NCBI GenBank assembly: GCA_964510585.1
Contig: CAZECW010000025.1
Coordinates: forward strand, 4,737-36,736
Length of the DNA stretch: 32,000 nucleotides
Direction: 5' to 3'
DNA from: an uncultured archaeon
GTDB lineage: Archaea > Asgardarchaeota > Jordiarchaeia > Jordiarchaeales > Jordiarchaeaceae
Position numbers and translations under genes: made by a program. The notes under the pieces are model-generated. The model did no database searches. It was not told the origin of the DNA and was given only the letters and a program-made list of their open reading frames with translations. Positions 1-8,258 of the stretch are shown here, piece by piece (within the stretch, counting starts at the first letter, position 1; every line of letters starts with the position of its first letter).

Positions 1-103
1 AGCTTAGCAAATAATATATATTTAAAAATATAGTAAAATTATGTAAAGCCACCAAAAATATGAGGAAAAAGGAGAAAATGGCAAAAGCTGCAATAGGGGC
101 AGA

Positions 104-1837
104 GTGGATATGGTACCCAAGCATGAAGAATATGCGTTCAAAGTTGTTTGCATTGGGGATGGTGGTGTAGGCAAGACCAGCCTAATAGTAAGGCTAACCG
201 AGAATAGGTTCTCAGAAGACTACAAAATGACTTTAGGAACTTCTTTTGCCGCTCACACCATAAATATTGAGGATAAAATTGTGACTTTACAGATTTGGGA
301 TCTTGGAGGTCAGCCCTCCTTCAGTCACTTGAGGTCGTTTTTCTATGCTGGAGCTAAGGGGGCTGTGATTGTTTTTGACTTAACAGATATTAAATCTTTT
401 AAGAATGTTACAACATGGTATAAAGAGTTGCGTAGCGTTTGCGGTGATGTGCCGATTGTTTTGATCGGTAATAAGAATGATTTGGCTGGCAGCCGTGTTG
501 TTGCTAGGCAGGAGGCGGAGATGCTTGCTAGAAGCTTGGGCGCACCTTACATTGAGACTAGTGCTAAAACTGGTGACAAGGTTAATTTGGCTTTTCAAAG
601 TGTTTCAAGGCGCTTGTTGGGTATCGAAGAAAAGTTACCTATGGTAAAGGGTGTGGTGGTTCCAGATGTTAAGAGTAAGATTCTGCAGTTTATTGACAGT
701 CGAAGGGACTATCTCCTAAATTTGCTTGGAGATCTAATTTCCGCTCGCTCTGTTAATCCTCCAGGAAATGAGAAGGTCGCCGCGGATGTTGTTCAAGGCG
801 AGTTGTTTAGGATTGGAATGCAAACTGAATCTTACGAGAAGGAGAGTGGGCGGACCAACGTTGTGGGCTATGTGGAGAAGGGTAACTCTCCCACTTTAAT
901 GATTATTACACATCTGGATGTGGTGCCTGCAGGCGACGGATGGATTTATGATCCGTTTAAAGCTACTCCCACTAATGGTAGGATTGTGGGTAGGGGTGTT
1001 GTTGATGATAAGGGGCCTATGGCCTCTGTTCTTCTGGCTATTCAAGCGCTTAAGGAGTTTAATTTTCCCATTCGGGGACGCTTGTTGTTTGTGGCCGTGG
1101 CAGATGAGGAAACTGGAAATGAGCTGGGCATAAAGTATCTTTTGAACGAAAAGGGCTTAACCGCTGATTATGCTTTGGTGGCTGAGCAAACTAAGTGTGA
1201 AGCGGTGGAGATTGCGGAAAAGGGCCGTTTGTGGGCAAGGCTGAAGAGTACTGGTGCACAAGGTCACGGTAGTATGCCGGTGAAGGGTGCGAATGCAATT
1301 GTAAATCTCTCAAAAGTTTTGGCCCGCATAGAAAACCTGAAAATGTCCTACACTGAGCATCCTCTGCTTGGAGCTCCAACCATAAATGTAGGAACAATAA
1401 AGGGCGGAGTGGCTATTAATGTGATTCCTGCTTCCGCCGAGGCCACAGTGGATATTAGATATCTACCCTCTCAGGATTTGAGGCAGATAATTAACGAGTT
1501 GCGCGAATTAGTGAGGAGCGTCCAGAGGGAGAACCCTGGGCTAGAGGTGGCCATTGAGCCCATAGCTTCGGATCCCCCGACGGAAGTATCTCCGGAAGAT
1601 CCCGTTGTCAGAGCAATGGTGAGTGTAATAAGGGAAGTGACGGGAAGCCAGCCTAAGCTAATTGGGATAGGGGGCGCTACAGTGGCGAAGCACTGTATTT
1701 CTCACGGTATTCCCACAGCTGTTTTTGGACCAGGGGATCCTAAAGAGGCCCACGCCGCAAACGAGAGTGTGTCCATAGATAGTTTACTTAAGGCAGCTAA
1801 AATTTATGCTCTGACCATATTAAACCTGCTCTCTTAA
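104..1837 (+). CDS. Fusion of an N-terminal Rab-like small GTPase (about aa 9-172) and a C-terminal M20 metallohydrolase (ArgE/DapE-like)
   Basis: GTPase motifs G1 GDGGVGKT, G2 TLG, G3 WDLGGQ, G4 NKND and G5 SAK are present. M20 motifs THLDVVP, GRGVVDDKG, DEET, AEQT, GHGS and AHAANE are present. One uninterrupted 577-aa frame; start is GTG 104 or ATG 110. Confidence 0.88.
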   Translation: MDMVPKHEEYAFKVVCIGDGGVGKTSLIVRLTENRFSEDYKMTLGTSFAAHTINIEDKIVTLQIWDLGGQPSFSHLRSFFYAGAKGAVIVFDLTDIKSFKNVTTWYKELRSVCGDVPIVLIGNKNDLAGSRVVARQEAEMLARSLGAPYIETSAKTGDKVNLAFQSVSRRLLGIEEKLPMVKGVVVPDVKSKILQFIDSRRDYLLNLLGDLISARSVNPPGNEKVAADVVQGELFRIGMQTESYEKESGRTNVVGYVEKGNSPTLMIITHLDVVPAGDGWIYDPFKATPTNGRIVGRGVVDDKGPMASVLLAIQALKEFNFPIRGRLLFVAVADEETGNELGIKYLLNEKGLTADYALVAEQTKCEAVEIAEKGRLWARLKSTGAQGHGSMPVKGANAIVNLSKVLARIENLKMSYTEHPLLGAPTINVGTIKGGVAINVIPASAEATVDIRYLPSQDLRQIINELRELVRSVQRENPGLEVAIEPIASDPPTEVSPEDPVVRAMVSVIREVTGSQPKLIGIGGATVAKHCISHGIPTAVFGPGDPKEAHAANESVSIDSLLKAAKIYALTILNLLS

Positions 1838-1848
1838 AATTTTAAGGT

Positions 1849-2292
1849 GTGGTTAAAGCTTTGGTTGAGTCAGAGAAATTTATTCGTTTTAGTGTTTCCC
1901 TCCCAGAAGACCTACTTAAAGAATTTGACAAGGTTACAGAGTCTCTTGGAATACAAGGTAGGTCTGACGCGATACGCAAAGCTATGCGTGACTTCATAGT
2001 AAACTATACTTGGATGCACAAGGGTAAGGGTGATATGGTGGGCTCAATAACCATAATCTTGGACCACGAGACCACTGGAATAATGGATGAAATCACCGAG
2101 CTGCAGCACAGATATTTAAAATTGATAGCCTCCTCCATGCATGTACATTTGGATGAACGTGAATGTATGATTGTTCTTGCAGTAAGGGGAAAAGTGGAGG
2201 ATATCGAAAAACTCAACAATGAAATACTTGCCCTCAAGGGAGTTAAACTGGTAAAGTACACCATTATGACCCCAGGAACCGAATTACCATAA
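1849..2292 (+). CDS. nikR: Nickel-responsive transcriptional regulator NikR (ribbon-helix-helix plus ACT-like Ni-binding domain)
   Basis: RHH signature RFSVSLPEDLLKEFD...RSDAIRKAMRDFI. Ni-ligand pattern QHRY...MHVHL...EC matches H76/H87/H89/C95 of NikR. Lies 11 bp after the upstream stop. Confidence 0.9.
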   Translation: MVKALVESEKFIRFSVSLPEDLLKEFDKVTESLGIQGRSDAIRKAMRDFIVNYTWMHKGKGDMVGSITIILDHETTGIMDEITELQHRYLKLIASSMHVHLDERECMIVLAVRGKVEDIEKLNNEILALKGVKLVKYTIMTPGTELP

Positions 2293-2317
2293 ATTAAAAT
2301 ATGGAAGGGAACACCAC

Positions 2318-2336
2318 TTTCCAAAATGTTTTTATA
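2318..2336 (+). promoter_or_regulatory. Putative BRE/TATA promoter of serS
   Basis: TTTCCAAAATGTTTTTATA contains TTTATA at 2331-2336. A near-identical 19-mer lies upstream of the PCI gene (20548-20566). Confidence 0.4.
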
Positions 2337-2469
2337 CACCTGCTATTCAAGTGGGTACACCATAATCACCTCCAAAAAAGGGATTTTGGAATAAATACTC
2401 GCTACCAACAAAGCCTACGTTTTTTCCAGCATAGTAGTCTGCTAGGCCTCCCCTACTAAAGAGGTGGAA

Positions 2470-4026
2470 ATGTTGCACTTGGAGTTGGATGGTTATTTCG
2501 AGTTGAGCGGTGTTCTTCCTAAGGAAGCCCAAAGAGAATTAGAAGCCTTCTTCGAGGAAGCCAACAAAAAACTACTTAAAAAAGGAGCGCCCAAAGGAAA
2601 AGAATCTGAAGGGGCACAAGTAACCAATTGGGCTCTCAAGGGGAATAAGATAGAACTGCAGATAATTAGCGGCAGATACGTTAGGGCGCACACCGCACTA
2701 CTCAGACTTTCCAACGTATTATCCAACATTCTAGGATCAAAATATCACACTGGTATCCGAAAATCTGTCGCCACCAAGTACAGAATTGAAACCCAACTTG
2801 AAAAAGCACCCCTAGAACCAGTAACCCTACCCTTCACCAAAGAATTAGAAATCAAGGATAAAACTGCCACCATAACTATGGTGGAAATGGATGAGAGTGA
2901 ACTCAAAAGAAACTATCCAGACCGCCTATTGCGGCGTCTCGAAGAGAAAATCACGGCCCAGTATGTTCATGGAAAAGCGGAATACACACGCACCGTTGAA
3001 AGAAGCAACAAGGGCTTGGGAAAATACAAGTTGAGAGAAGACCCCACAGAGGCCGCGGTTAAATTGGGATGGGTTAAAGAGTTCCCGGGAGCGGGCATAT
3101 GGCAGATACTGCCCCCGTATGCTGCACTTATCAGAGCCATAGAAAACATAATCATCGACGACATAGCAAAACCCCTAGGCTTCCAAGAAGTCATGCTTCC
3201 CCGACTAATTCCACTAGAAGTTGAGATGAAAAAAGGACACTTCGGAATAGCAAATGAGATAATATGGGCCTGTCCTCCAATATCCCGAGACCCCAAGGAA
3301 TTCGAGGAAATACTAGACTACGTGGAAATAACTGGCACTCCCCCCGTAGAATTACTCCAGAAAAAACTCCGCCCCCCAATGTTTGGACTAGCATACGCTC
3401 AATGTGAACCCTTCTACGAACTATTCGCCCAAGAAATAGTAGACGTAGAAGAACTTGAGAAAAACCCCATAAAATTCTACGACAAAAATGGGCCCACCTG
3501 GAGGTGGGAAGGGGGAGGACTAAAAGGCCTAGAACGCCTAAACGAATTCCACAGAATAGAATTCGTATACATGGCGCCACCCCAAAAATGCATAGAAATA
3601 AGAGACCAAGTACTTGAAAAAGCAAAAACCATGATAGACAAAGATTTGGACTTAGAATACCGAATAGACGCAACCACCGCCGTATACCTTGAACACGCGG
3701 GAATCGCCGAAGAACAGAAAGAGGAAGAATTCGTGAAAACCTACGACCTCACCGTAATACTCCCATTCGAAACCAAAAGCAGACCCGAAGCCGAACTAGA
3801 AGTCTCCAGCTTCCACGTACACACCGACTTTTATGCCAAAAGATTCCACTTCCGAGACAAAACCCGCAAAACAGTATACACCGGATGCGTAGGAATGGGT
3901 CCATCCCGCTACGCATACGTAACACTAATACGGCACGGATTCAACTATGACGACTGGCCTCAAAAAATCAAAAAATACATTGGCGAAAAACTACCCGAAG
4001 TCCCCAAAACAGTAACCTGGCCATAA
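2470..4026 (+). CDS. serS: Seryl-tRNA synthetase, methanogen-type (type 2, Zn-dependent)
   Basis: N-terminal domain typical of type-2 SerRS (LLKKGAP...SGRYVRAHTALLRL). Class II motifs include GLERLNEFHRIE. Zn-ligand motifs YAQCEPF, EFHRIEF and YTGCVGMG correspond to the Cys/Glu/Cys triad of Methanosarcina barkeri SerRS. GAGGTG SD-like site at 2461-2466; the ORF track starts at GTG 2464. Confidence 0.92.
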   Translation: MLHLELDGYFELSGVLPKEAQRELEAFFEEANKKLLKKGAPKGKESEGAQVTNWALKGNKIELQIISGRYVRAHTALLRLSNVLSNILGSKYHTGIRKSVATKYRIETQLEKAPLEPVTLPFTKELEIKDKTATITMVEMDESELKRNYPDRLLRRLEEKITAQYVHGKAEYTRTVERSNKGLGKYKLREDPTEAAVKLGWVKEFPGAGIWQILPPYAALIRAIENIIIDDIAKPLGFQEVMLPRLIPLEVEMKKGHFGIANEIIWACPPISRDPKEFEEILDYVEITGTPPVELLQKKLRPPMFGLAYAQCEPFYELFAQEIVDVEELEKNPIKFYDKNGPTWRWEGGGLKGLERLNEFHRIEFVYMAPPQKCIEIRDQVLEKAKTMIDKDLDLEYRIDATTAVYLEHAGIAEEQKEEEFVKTYDLTVILPFETKSRPEAELEVSSFHVHTDFYAKRFHFRDKTRKTVYTGCVGMGPSRYAYVTLIRHGFNYDDWPQKIKKYIGEKLPEVPKTVTWP

Positions 4027-4039
4027 AAAACCAAAAACA

Positions 4040-4085
4040 AAACCCCACACCCCTCCACCCAGACAAGAATAAACCCCACACCCCC
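4040..4085. repeat. Direct repeat AAACCCCACACCCC x2 in an A/C-rich spacer between the convergent serS and leuS stops (G-tracts on the minus strand)
   Basis: Identical 14-mers at 4040-4053 and 4071-4084; five C-runs of 3 or more. Confidence 0.7.
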
Positions 4086-4101
4086 ACTAAAACTTATTCA
4101 A

Positions 4102-6933
4102 TTAGGTTTCGATGAGAACTCCTGGTTTTAACGGTTCAGCCACCCTTGCCTTCTCATGCTTCGACTCCTCAGCCCTCAGAACCTCAACCTTAGCTCCAAA
4201 TTCCTTAGATAAGAAATCCGCCGCCTCAGACAAAGTCTTAAACTCCATTTCCTGAGTAAGCATTTCATGGCGGGGATTCTTAAGCAATTTTTGCGCATAG
4301 TTCACAGCATCTTTTCCCTGCCTCTTAACCTCAGCATCAGCCATAACTCTCTTTATCAAATCTTCCCTACTCTTCAAGGACTCCGCTAAAATCTTGTACT
4401 TCCAACCCTGAGCCACAAAAAGAGTAATCTTAGAAGGCTTCTCAATTCTGGCAACCTTAAGAATCTCCTTTATATCCTCAATAGTGTCGCCTATGAGCTT
4501 CTCCCGAAGCTCCAACTCCTCATCAAAATACTTCTCATCATAAGTCGGCCAAGGCTCCTGGACAATGAATCTCTTGTGACCGATACTCTCCCAAATCTCC
4601 TCACAGATATGAGGAGTCACAGGAGACACCAGCAGAATCATAGTCTCCACAGCCTTCCTTAAAACATCCGAATATTCCTCAGTACGCTTCATATACCAAC
4701 GAATATCATTCCATAAATCAAAAAACCCCTCCTGAAGAGCAGAGCGGTTCCTCATAACCTCATAATACTCGGTAGCCGCCTTAATATGCCTATGAACTCT
4801 ACTCAAAAGCCAACGATCAATATCCCTATCCAAAGGCTTAGTCTCAGGCAAACTAGTAGCAAAATCATAAAACAACTCCAACCTCCTACGGAGACTCACA
4901 ACCTCCTGAGCCCGCCAATCCGGATCCACCAACCCCTCAGCCGAATAAGCCAACTCAAAACGAGTAGGATCAGCATTATACTGATCCAAAGCCTCCTTAA
5001 GAGTAATAAAAATCCCCCGCGACTTACTCATCTTCTGCCCCTCGATCTGAATCATACCATTAGCCCCCACCATCCGCGGCCACTTATCCTCAGGCCAAAT
5101 AGCCACATGCTGAAACAAGAAAAACGTCAAATGATTAAAAATCAACTCCTTAGCCGAATTCCTAAGAGAAACAGGATACCAATACTCAAACTCATCCCTC
5201 ATCTCCTCCAACAACTCCTCATCCAAACCACTCCTCCCAGCAACCTCCTCCACATTTCCCTTACCTAAAAAAATATAATCAAAAACCTCACGAGTCAACT
5301 TCTCTGCCGGAATCCCCAAACCATAAATATGCTTAGCAACAGTGTAAAAGGCCATATAAACCGTAGAATCCGATAAAGTCTCCACAATCCAATCCGGATC
5401 CCAAGGAAGCCTAGTACCCAAACCACTCCGCCGCACACAAGCCTTATCCTCCAACCAATCCACCGTATACTCAAAAGCACTCCTAGCCTCATCTGGAACA
5501 ATAACCATACGCCCCAAAAGCTCCCTAACCCGCGCCTTCCACTCCGGATCACTATACTTCAAAAACCACTGATTCTCCAAAATCTTCACAATAGTACGCG
5601 TATTGCAACGACAAACCACGGGCTCCGCAGTCTCCCACAAGCTACTCGCCTTACCTTCACTCACAAAATCCGCAATCAACTCCTTCTTAACCTCAGCAAC
5701 ACTCCGCCCCACATACTTACCAGTAACCTTTTTAAGAACACCCTTATGAAACTCCTTCCTATAAACCTCCTTAGTGATATCCTCCAACCGCCCATCCTTC
5801 TGACTCTTAATACCAGCCGCCTCAACAAGCTCCACAGCAGGATGCTCACCAAACCCCTCAGTCTCAATCAAAGAAATAGGCTTCAACCCCACAACAATAC
5901 TCGGATCAATACCATACTCTCTAAGAACCTCAGGATTCCTACGCAAATCAGCGATAGCCGCCCAGTCAAAAGGAGCATGACTCGGAACACTCATAACCAC
6001 ACCCGAAGCATTACCCGGATCAACAAAAGAAGCCGGCAAAATGGGAACCTCACTACCCACCACGACATTCCTACAAAACTTACCAATAAGCCTACGCCCC
6101 TCGAACTCCTCCAAAACCTCAACCACATGCAACTGATCCCTAAGCTTCTGAACCGCCTCCCTACTAACAATCCACACCTCACCATCAACACGAGCCCTAA
6201 CATAAACCGCATCCGGGTTCAACCACATATTCGTAACACCAAAAACAGTCTCCGGACGCAAAGTAGCAGCCATAAGAAAAGCATCATCACACTCAAACTT
6301 CAACAAAGTATACTCAATAGGAGAAACACCCTCACCCACCAATCGATCATGATCACCAGTAGGCGACAAACAACGAGGACACCAAACCACAGGATGACTA
6401 CCCAAAACCACATAACCCTTATCACGCAAAGTCCAATACTGCCACTCAACAAACTTATTATAAGGAGGATCAACAGTAGTAAACTGCCGCCGCCAATCAA
6501 CACTAAAACCAATCCGATCCACTGTTTCTATAGCTTCAGCCCGATAATAATCACCAATATATTTTGGATCCGTAAATTTGCTAATCTCCTCCCGTGGCAC
6601 ACCACTCCTAATCAAAATATCAATCTGCTTCTGATCACCCTCAGCAATACGCTTAGCCACACCCACAAGTGGCTCCCCCGTATAATGAAAGGCAAAGGGA
6701 AACAACACATTATAACCTTGCATACGCTTAAAACGAGCATAAATATCAACACGCAAACAAGTTAAGGCATGACCTATATGCAGTGGACCATTCATATAGG
6801 CGTAAGGAAATGTAAATAGTTTTCCTTTTGAATATTTAGATTTTCTTTTATTCTTTGGTGGTGGGTCTGCTTGGAATATTTTTGCCTGTTTCCACTTTTG
6901 TTGCCATTTTTTTTCTATTTGGTTCCAGTCCAT
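4102..6933 (-). CDS. leuS: Leucyl-tRNA synthetase (archaeal/eukaryotic type)
   Basis: TFPYAYMNGPLHIGH (HIGH), QKMSKS (KMSKS), CP1 editing domain (ATLRPETVFG, SVPSHAPFD) and WIVETLSDSTVY. Start is placed at ATG 6933 (MDWNQIEKKWQQKW); the first 60 codons of the ORF-track call overlap the VOC gene. Confidence 0.97.
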   Translation of the reverse strand: MDWNQIEKKWQQKWKQAKIFQADPPPKNKRKSKYSKGKLFTFPYAYMNGPLHIGHALTCLRVDIYARFKRMQGYNVLFPFAFHYTGEPLVGVAKRIAEGDQKQIDILIRSGVPREEISKFTDPKYIGDYYRAEAIETVDRIGFSVDWRRQFTTVDPPYNKFVEWQYWTLRDKGYVVLGSHPVVWCPRCLSPTGDHDRLVGEGVSPIEYTLLKFECDDAFLMAATLRPETVFGVTNMWLNPDAVYVRARVDGEVWIVSREAVQKLRDQLHVVEVLEEFEGRRLIGKFCRNVVVGSEVPILPASFVDPGNASGVVMSVPSHAPFDWAAIADLRRNPEVLREYGIDPSIVVGLKPISLIETEGFGEHPAVELVEAAGIKSQKDGRLEDITKEVYRKEFHKGVLKKVTGKYVGRSVAEVKKELIADFVSEGKASSLWETAEPVVCRCNTRTIVKILENQWFLKYSDPEWKARVRELLGRMVIVPDEARSAFEYTVDWLEDKACVRRSGLGTRLPWDPDWIVETLSDSTVYMAFYTVAKHIYGLGIPAEKLTREVFDYIFLGKGNVEEVAGRSGLDEELLEEMRDEFEYWYPVSLRNSAKELIFNHLTFFLFQHVAIWPEDKWPRMVGANGMIQIEGQKMSKSRGIFITLKEALDQYNADPTRFELAYSAEGLVDPDWRAQEVVSLRRRLELFYDFATSLPETKPLDRDIDRWLLSRVHRHIKAATEYYEVMRNRSALQEGFFDLWNDIRWYMKRTEEYSDVLRKAVETMILLVSPVTPHICEEIWESIGHKRFIVQEPWPTYDEKYFDEELELREKLIGDTIEDIKEILKVARIEKPSKITLFVAQGWKYKILAESLKSREDLIKRVMADAEVKRQGKDAVNYAQKLLKNPRHEMLTQEMEFKTLSEAADFLSKEFGAKVEVLRAEESKHEKARVAEPLKPGVLIET

Positions 6934-7043
6934 TCTTGTCGCCCTTGAAGATGGTGTGTTGTTAGGTTGGTTATCTATTGAGTCATTATTTAAGAATTGT
7001 GTGCAACTTTTGTTGAAACTGACATTTGTGTCTTTAATTATTT

Positions 7044-7472
7044 TTATTCTTCTGGCCATTGTCCTAGTTCTAGTATGAACCCACATTTTTCTTGCGTGTC
7101 TAGGTAAGCCCATTTTACTCCGAAGATTTCTCCTCTGTCGAGGATTTTTACTCCAATTTTTTCTAGGTTTTTTAGTTCTTTTTCAATATCCTTGCAGTGA
7201 TAGCTTACGTGGTGGAGTCCTTCTCCTTTTTGTTTGAGCCATTTGGAGTGTATTGTGTCTCCTTCTAGGGGTTGGATTAGCTCGATTTGTAGGTCTCCCT
7301 GCTGGTATATGCCGATTTTCACTTTGCCGCCTGGTACTTCTGTTTCTATTGTGGGAAATGGTCCTATTCCCAGCTTTTCTAGGAATTTTGCGGTCTTTTC
7401 CATGTCTTTTACTACTATTCCTAGTTGGCTGATTTTGTAGTCTGTTACCTTTTCGCTTGATGTGGTTTCCAT
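7044..7472 (-). CDS. VOC/glyoxalase-family protein (methylmalonyl-CoA epimerase-like)
   Basis: QLGIVVKDMEKTAKF, IELIQP, EGLHHVSY and ILELGQ form the two beta-alpha-beta-beta-beta VOC modules. Confidence 0.8.
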   Translation of the reverse strand: METTSSEKVTDYKISQLGIVVKDMEKTAKFLEKLGIGPFPTIETEVPGGKVKIGIYQQGDLQIELIQPLEGDTIHSKWLKQKGEGLHHVSYHCKDIEKELKNLEKIGVKILDRGEIFGVKWAYLDTQEKCGFILELGQWPEE

Positions 7473-7599
7473 TTTTATGCCTCCTTTTTTTGGGTTGTTG
7501 TTTAGAGTGTTTTGGTTCTTAATTTAATTTTCTATTTTAGATAATTTAAAAAGTGTGAGAGTTAATTATTGGGTGATTTAATCTGTCTGGAATTTTGGG

Positions 7600-8067
7600 G
7601 TGTTTGTTATGTTGGAGGATGTTGAGGAAATTAAAAAGTTGAAGGCTAAGTATTGCTATTATGTGGATGGGTATTATGAGGATTCGTCGTGTCTGGATTT
7701 GCTTTTGAGAGAAGTGTTTGCTGAGGATGCTTTTGTTGATTTTGGACCTTTTGGGAGTGCTAAGGGTCGGGAAGAGATAAGGAACTTCTATGTAAACGTG
7801 GTTTTTGGGGTGCTTTCTTTTAGTATGCATATGTTGCTTAACCCTCTGATAGAGATTAATGGTGAGAGTAGGGCTACGGGTAAGTGGTATTTTTTTGTTC
7901 CAAGTACTATGAGGGAGAACAATTTGGCCGGTTGGCTTGCGGGAATATATGATGATGAGTACGAGAAAAGGAATGGGAAGTGGTTTATAAAATCGCAGAG
8001 GGTTAAATGGTTCTTTGGCACCCCCTACGATAAGGGCTGGTCTAGAGAGAACATGATTCCTAAATAG
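7600..8067 (+). CDS. SnoaL-like / NTF2-like protein (LinA/BaiE/scytalone dehydratase-like fold)
   Basis: LEDVEEIKKLKAKYCYYVD, FAEDA, GREEI, MHMLLNP.IEING..ATGKWY and YDDEYEKRNGKWFIK. TTG start. Confidence 0.8.
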   Translation: MFVMLEDVEEIKKLKAKYCYYVDGYYEDSSCLDLLLREVFAEDAFVDFGPFGSAKGREEIRNFYVNVVFGVLSFSMHMLLNPLIEINGESRATGKWYFFVPSTMRENNLAGWLAGIYDDEYEKRNGKWFIKSQRVKWFFGTPYDKGWSRENMIPK

Positions 8068-8258
8068 GAAGCAATTTGACTCCTTCATAGTCGGTAACTC
8101 GGTCATTCAAAATTGGATGTTGTAGGGGTCCCACTTTAGTGGTGAGTGAATTTTTTGGGTCTAGATGATTTCGAGCCTCAGCCATAACTATTTATGGGTT
8201 GTGGAGCAAGTTGTATTAGTATCTCGTACCTGTTGGTAATTTGTTTTGGGGTGGTTTT

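Noticed and set aside
6884-6932. ORB-like words (minus-strand AGTGGAAACAGG; plus-strand GTTCCAGT) near the skew switch
   Set aside because: They are partial matches fully explained by LeuRS codons (KWKQ, DWNQ), with no G-string, no paired ORBs around an AT-rich unwinding element, and no cdc6/orc1 nearby.
6934-7113. 60-codon N-terminal extension of LeuRS in the ORF track
   Set aside because: It overlaps the VOC gene on the same strand in another frame and is low-complexity N/T/K sequence; LeuRS homology begins at MDWNQIEKKW.
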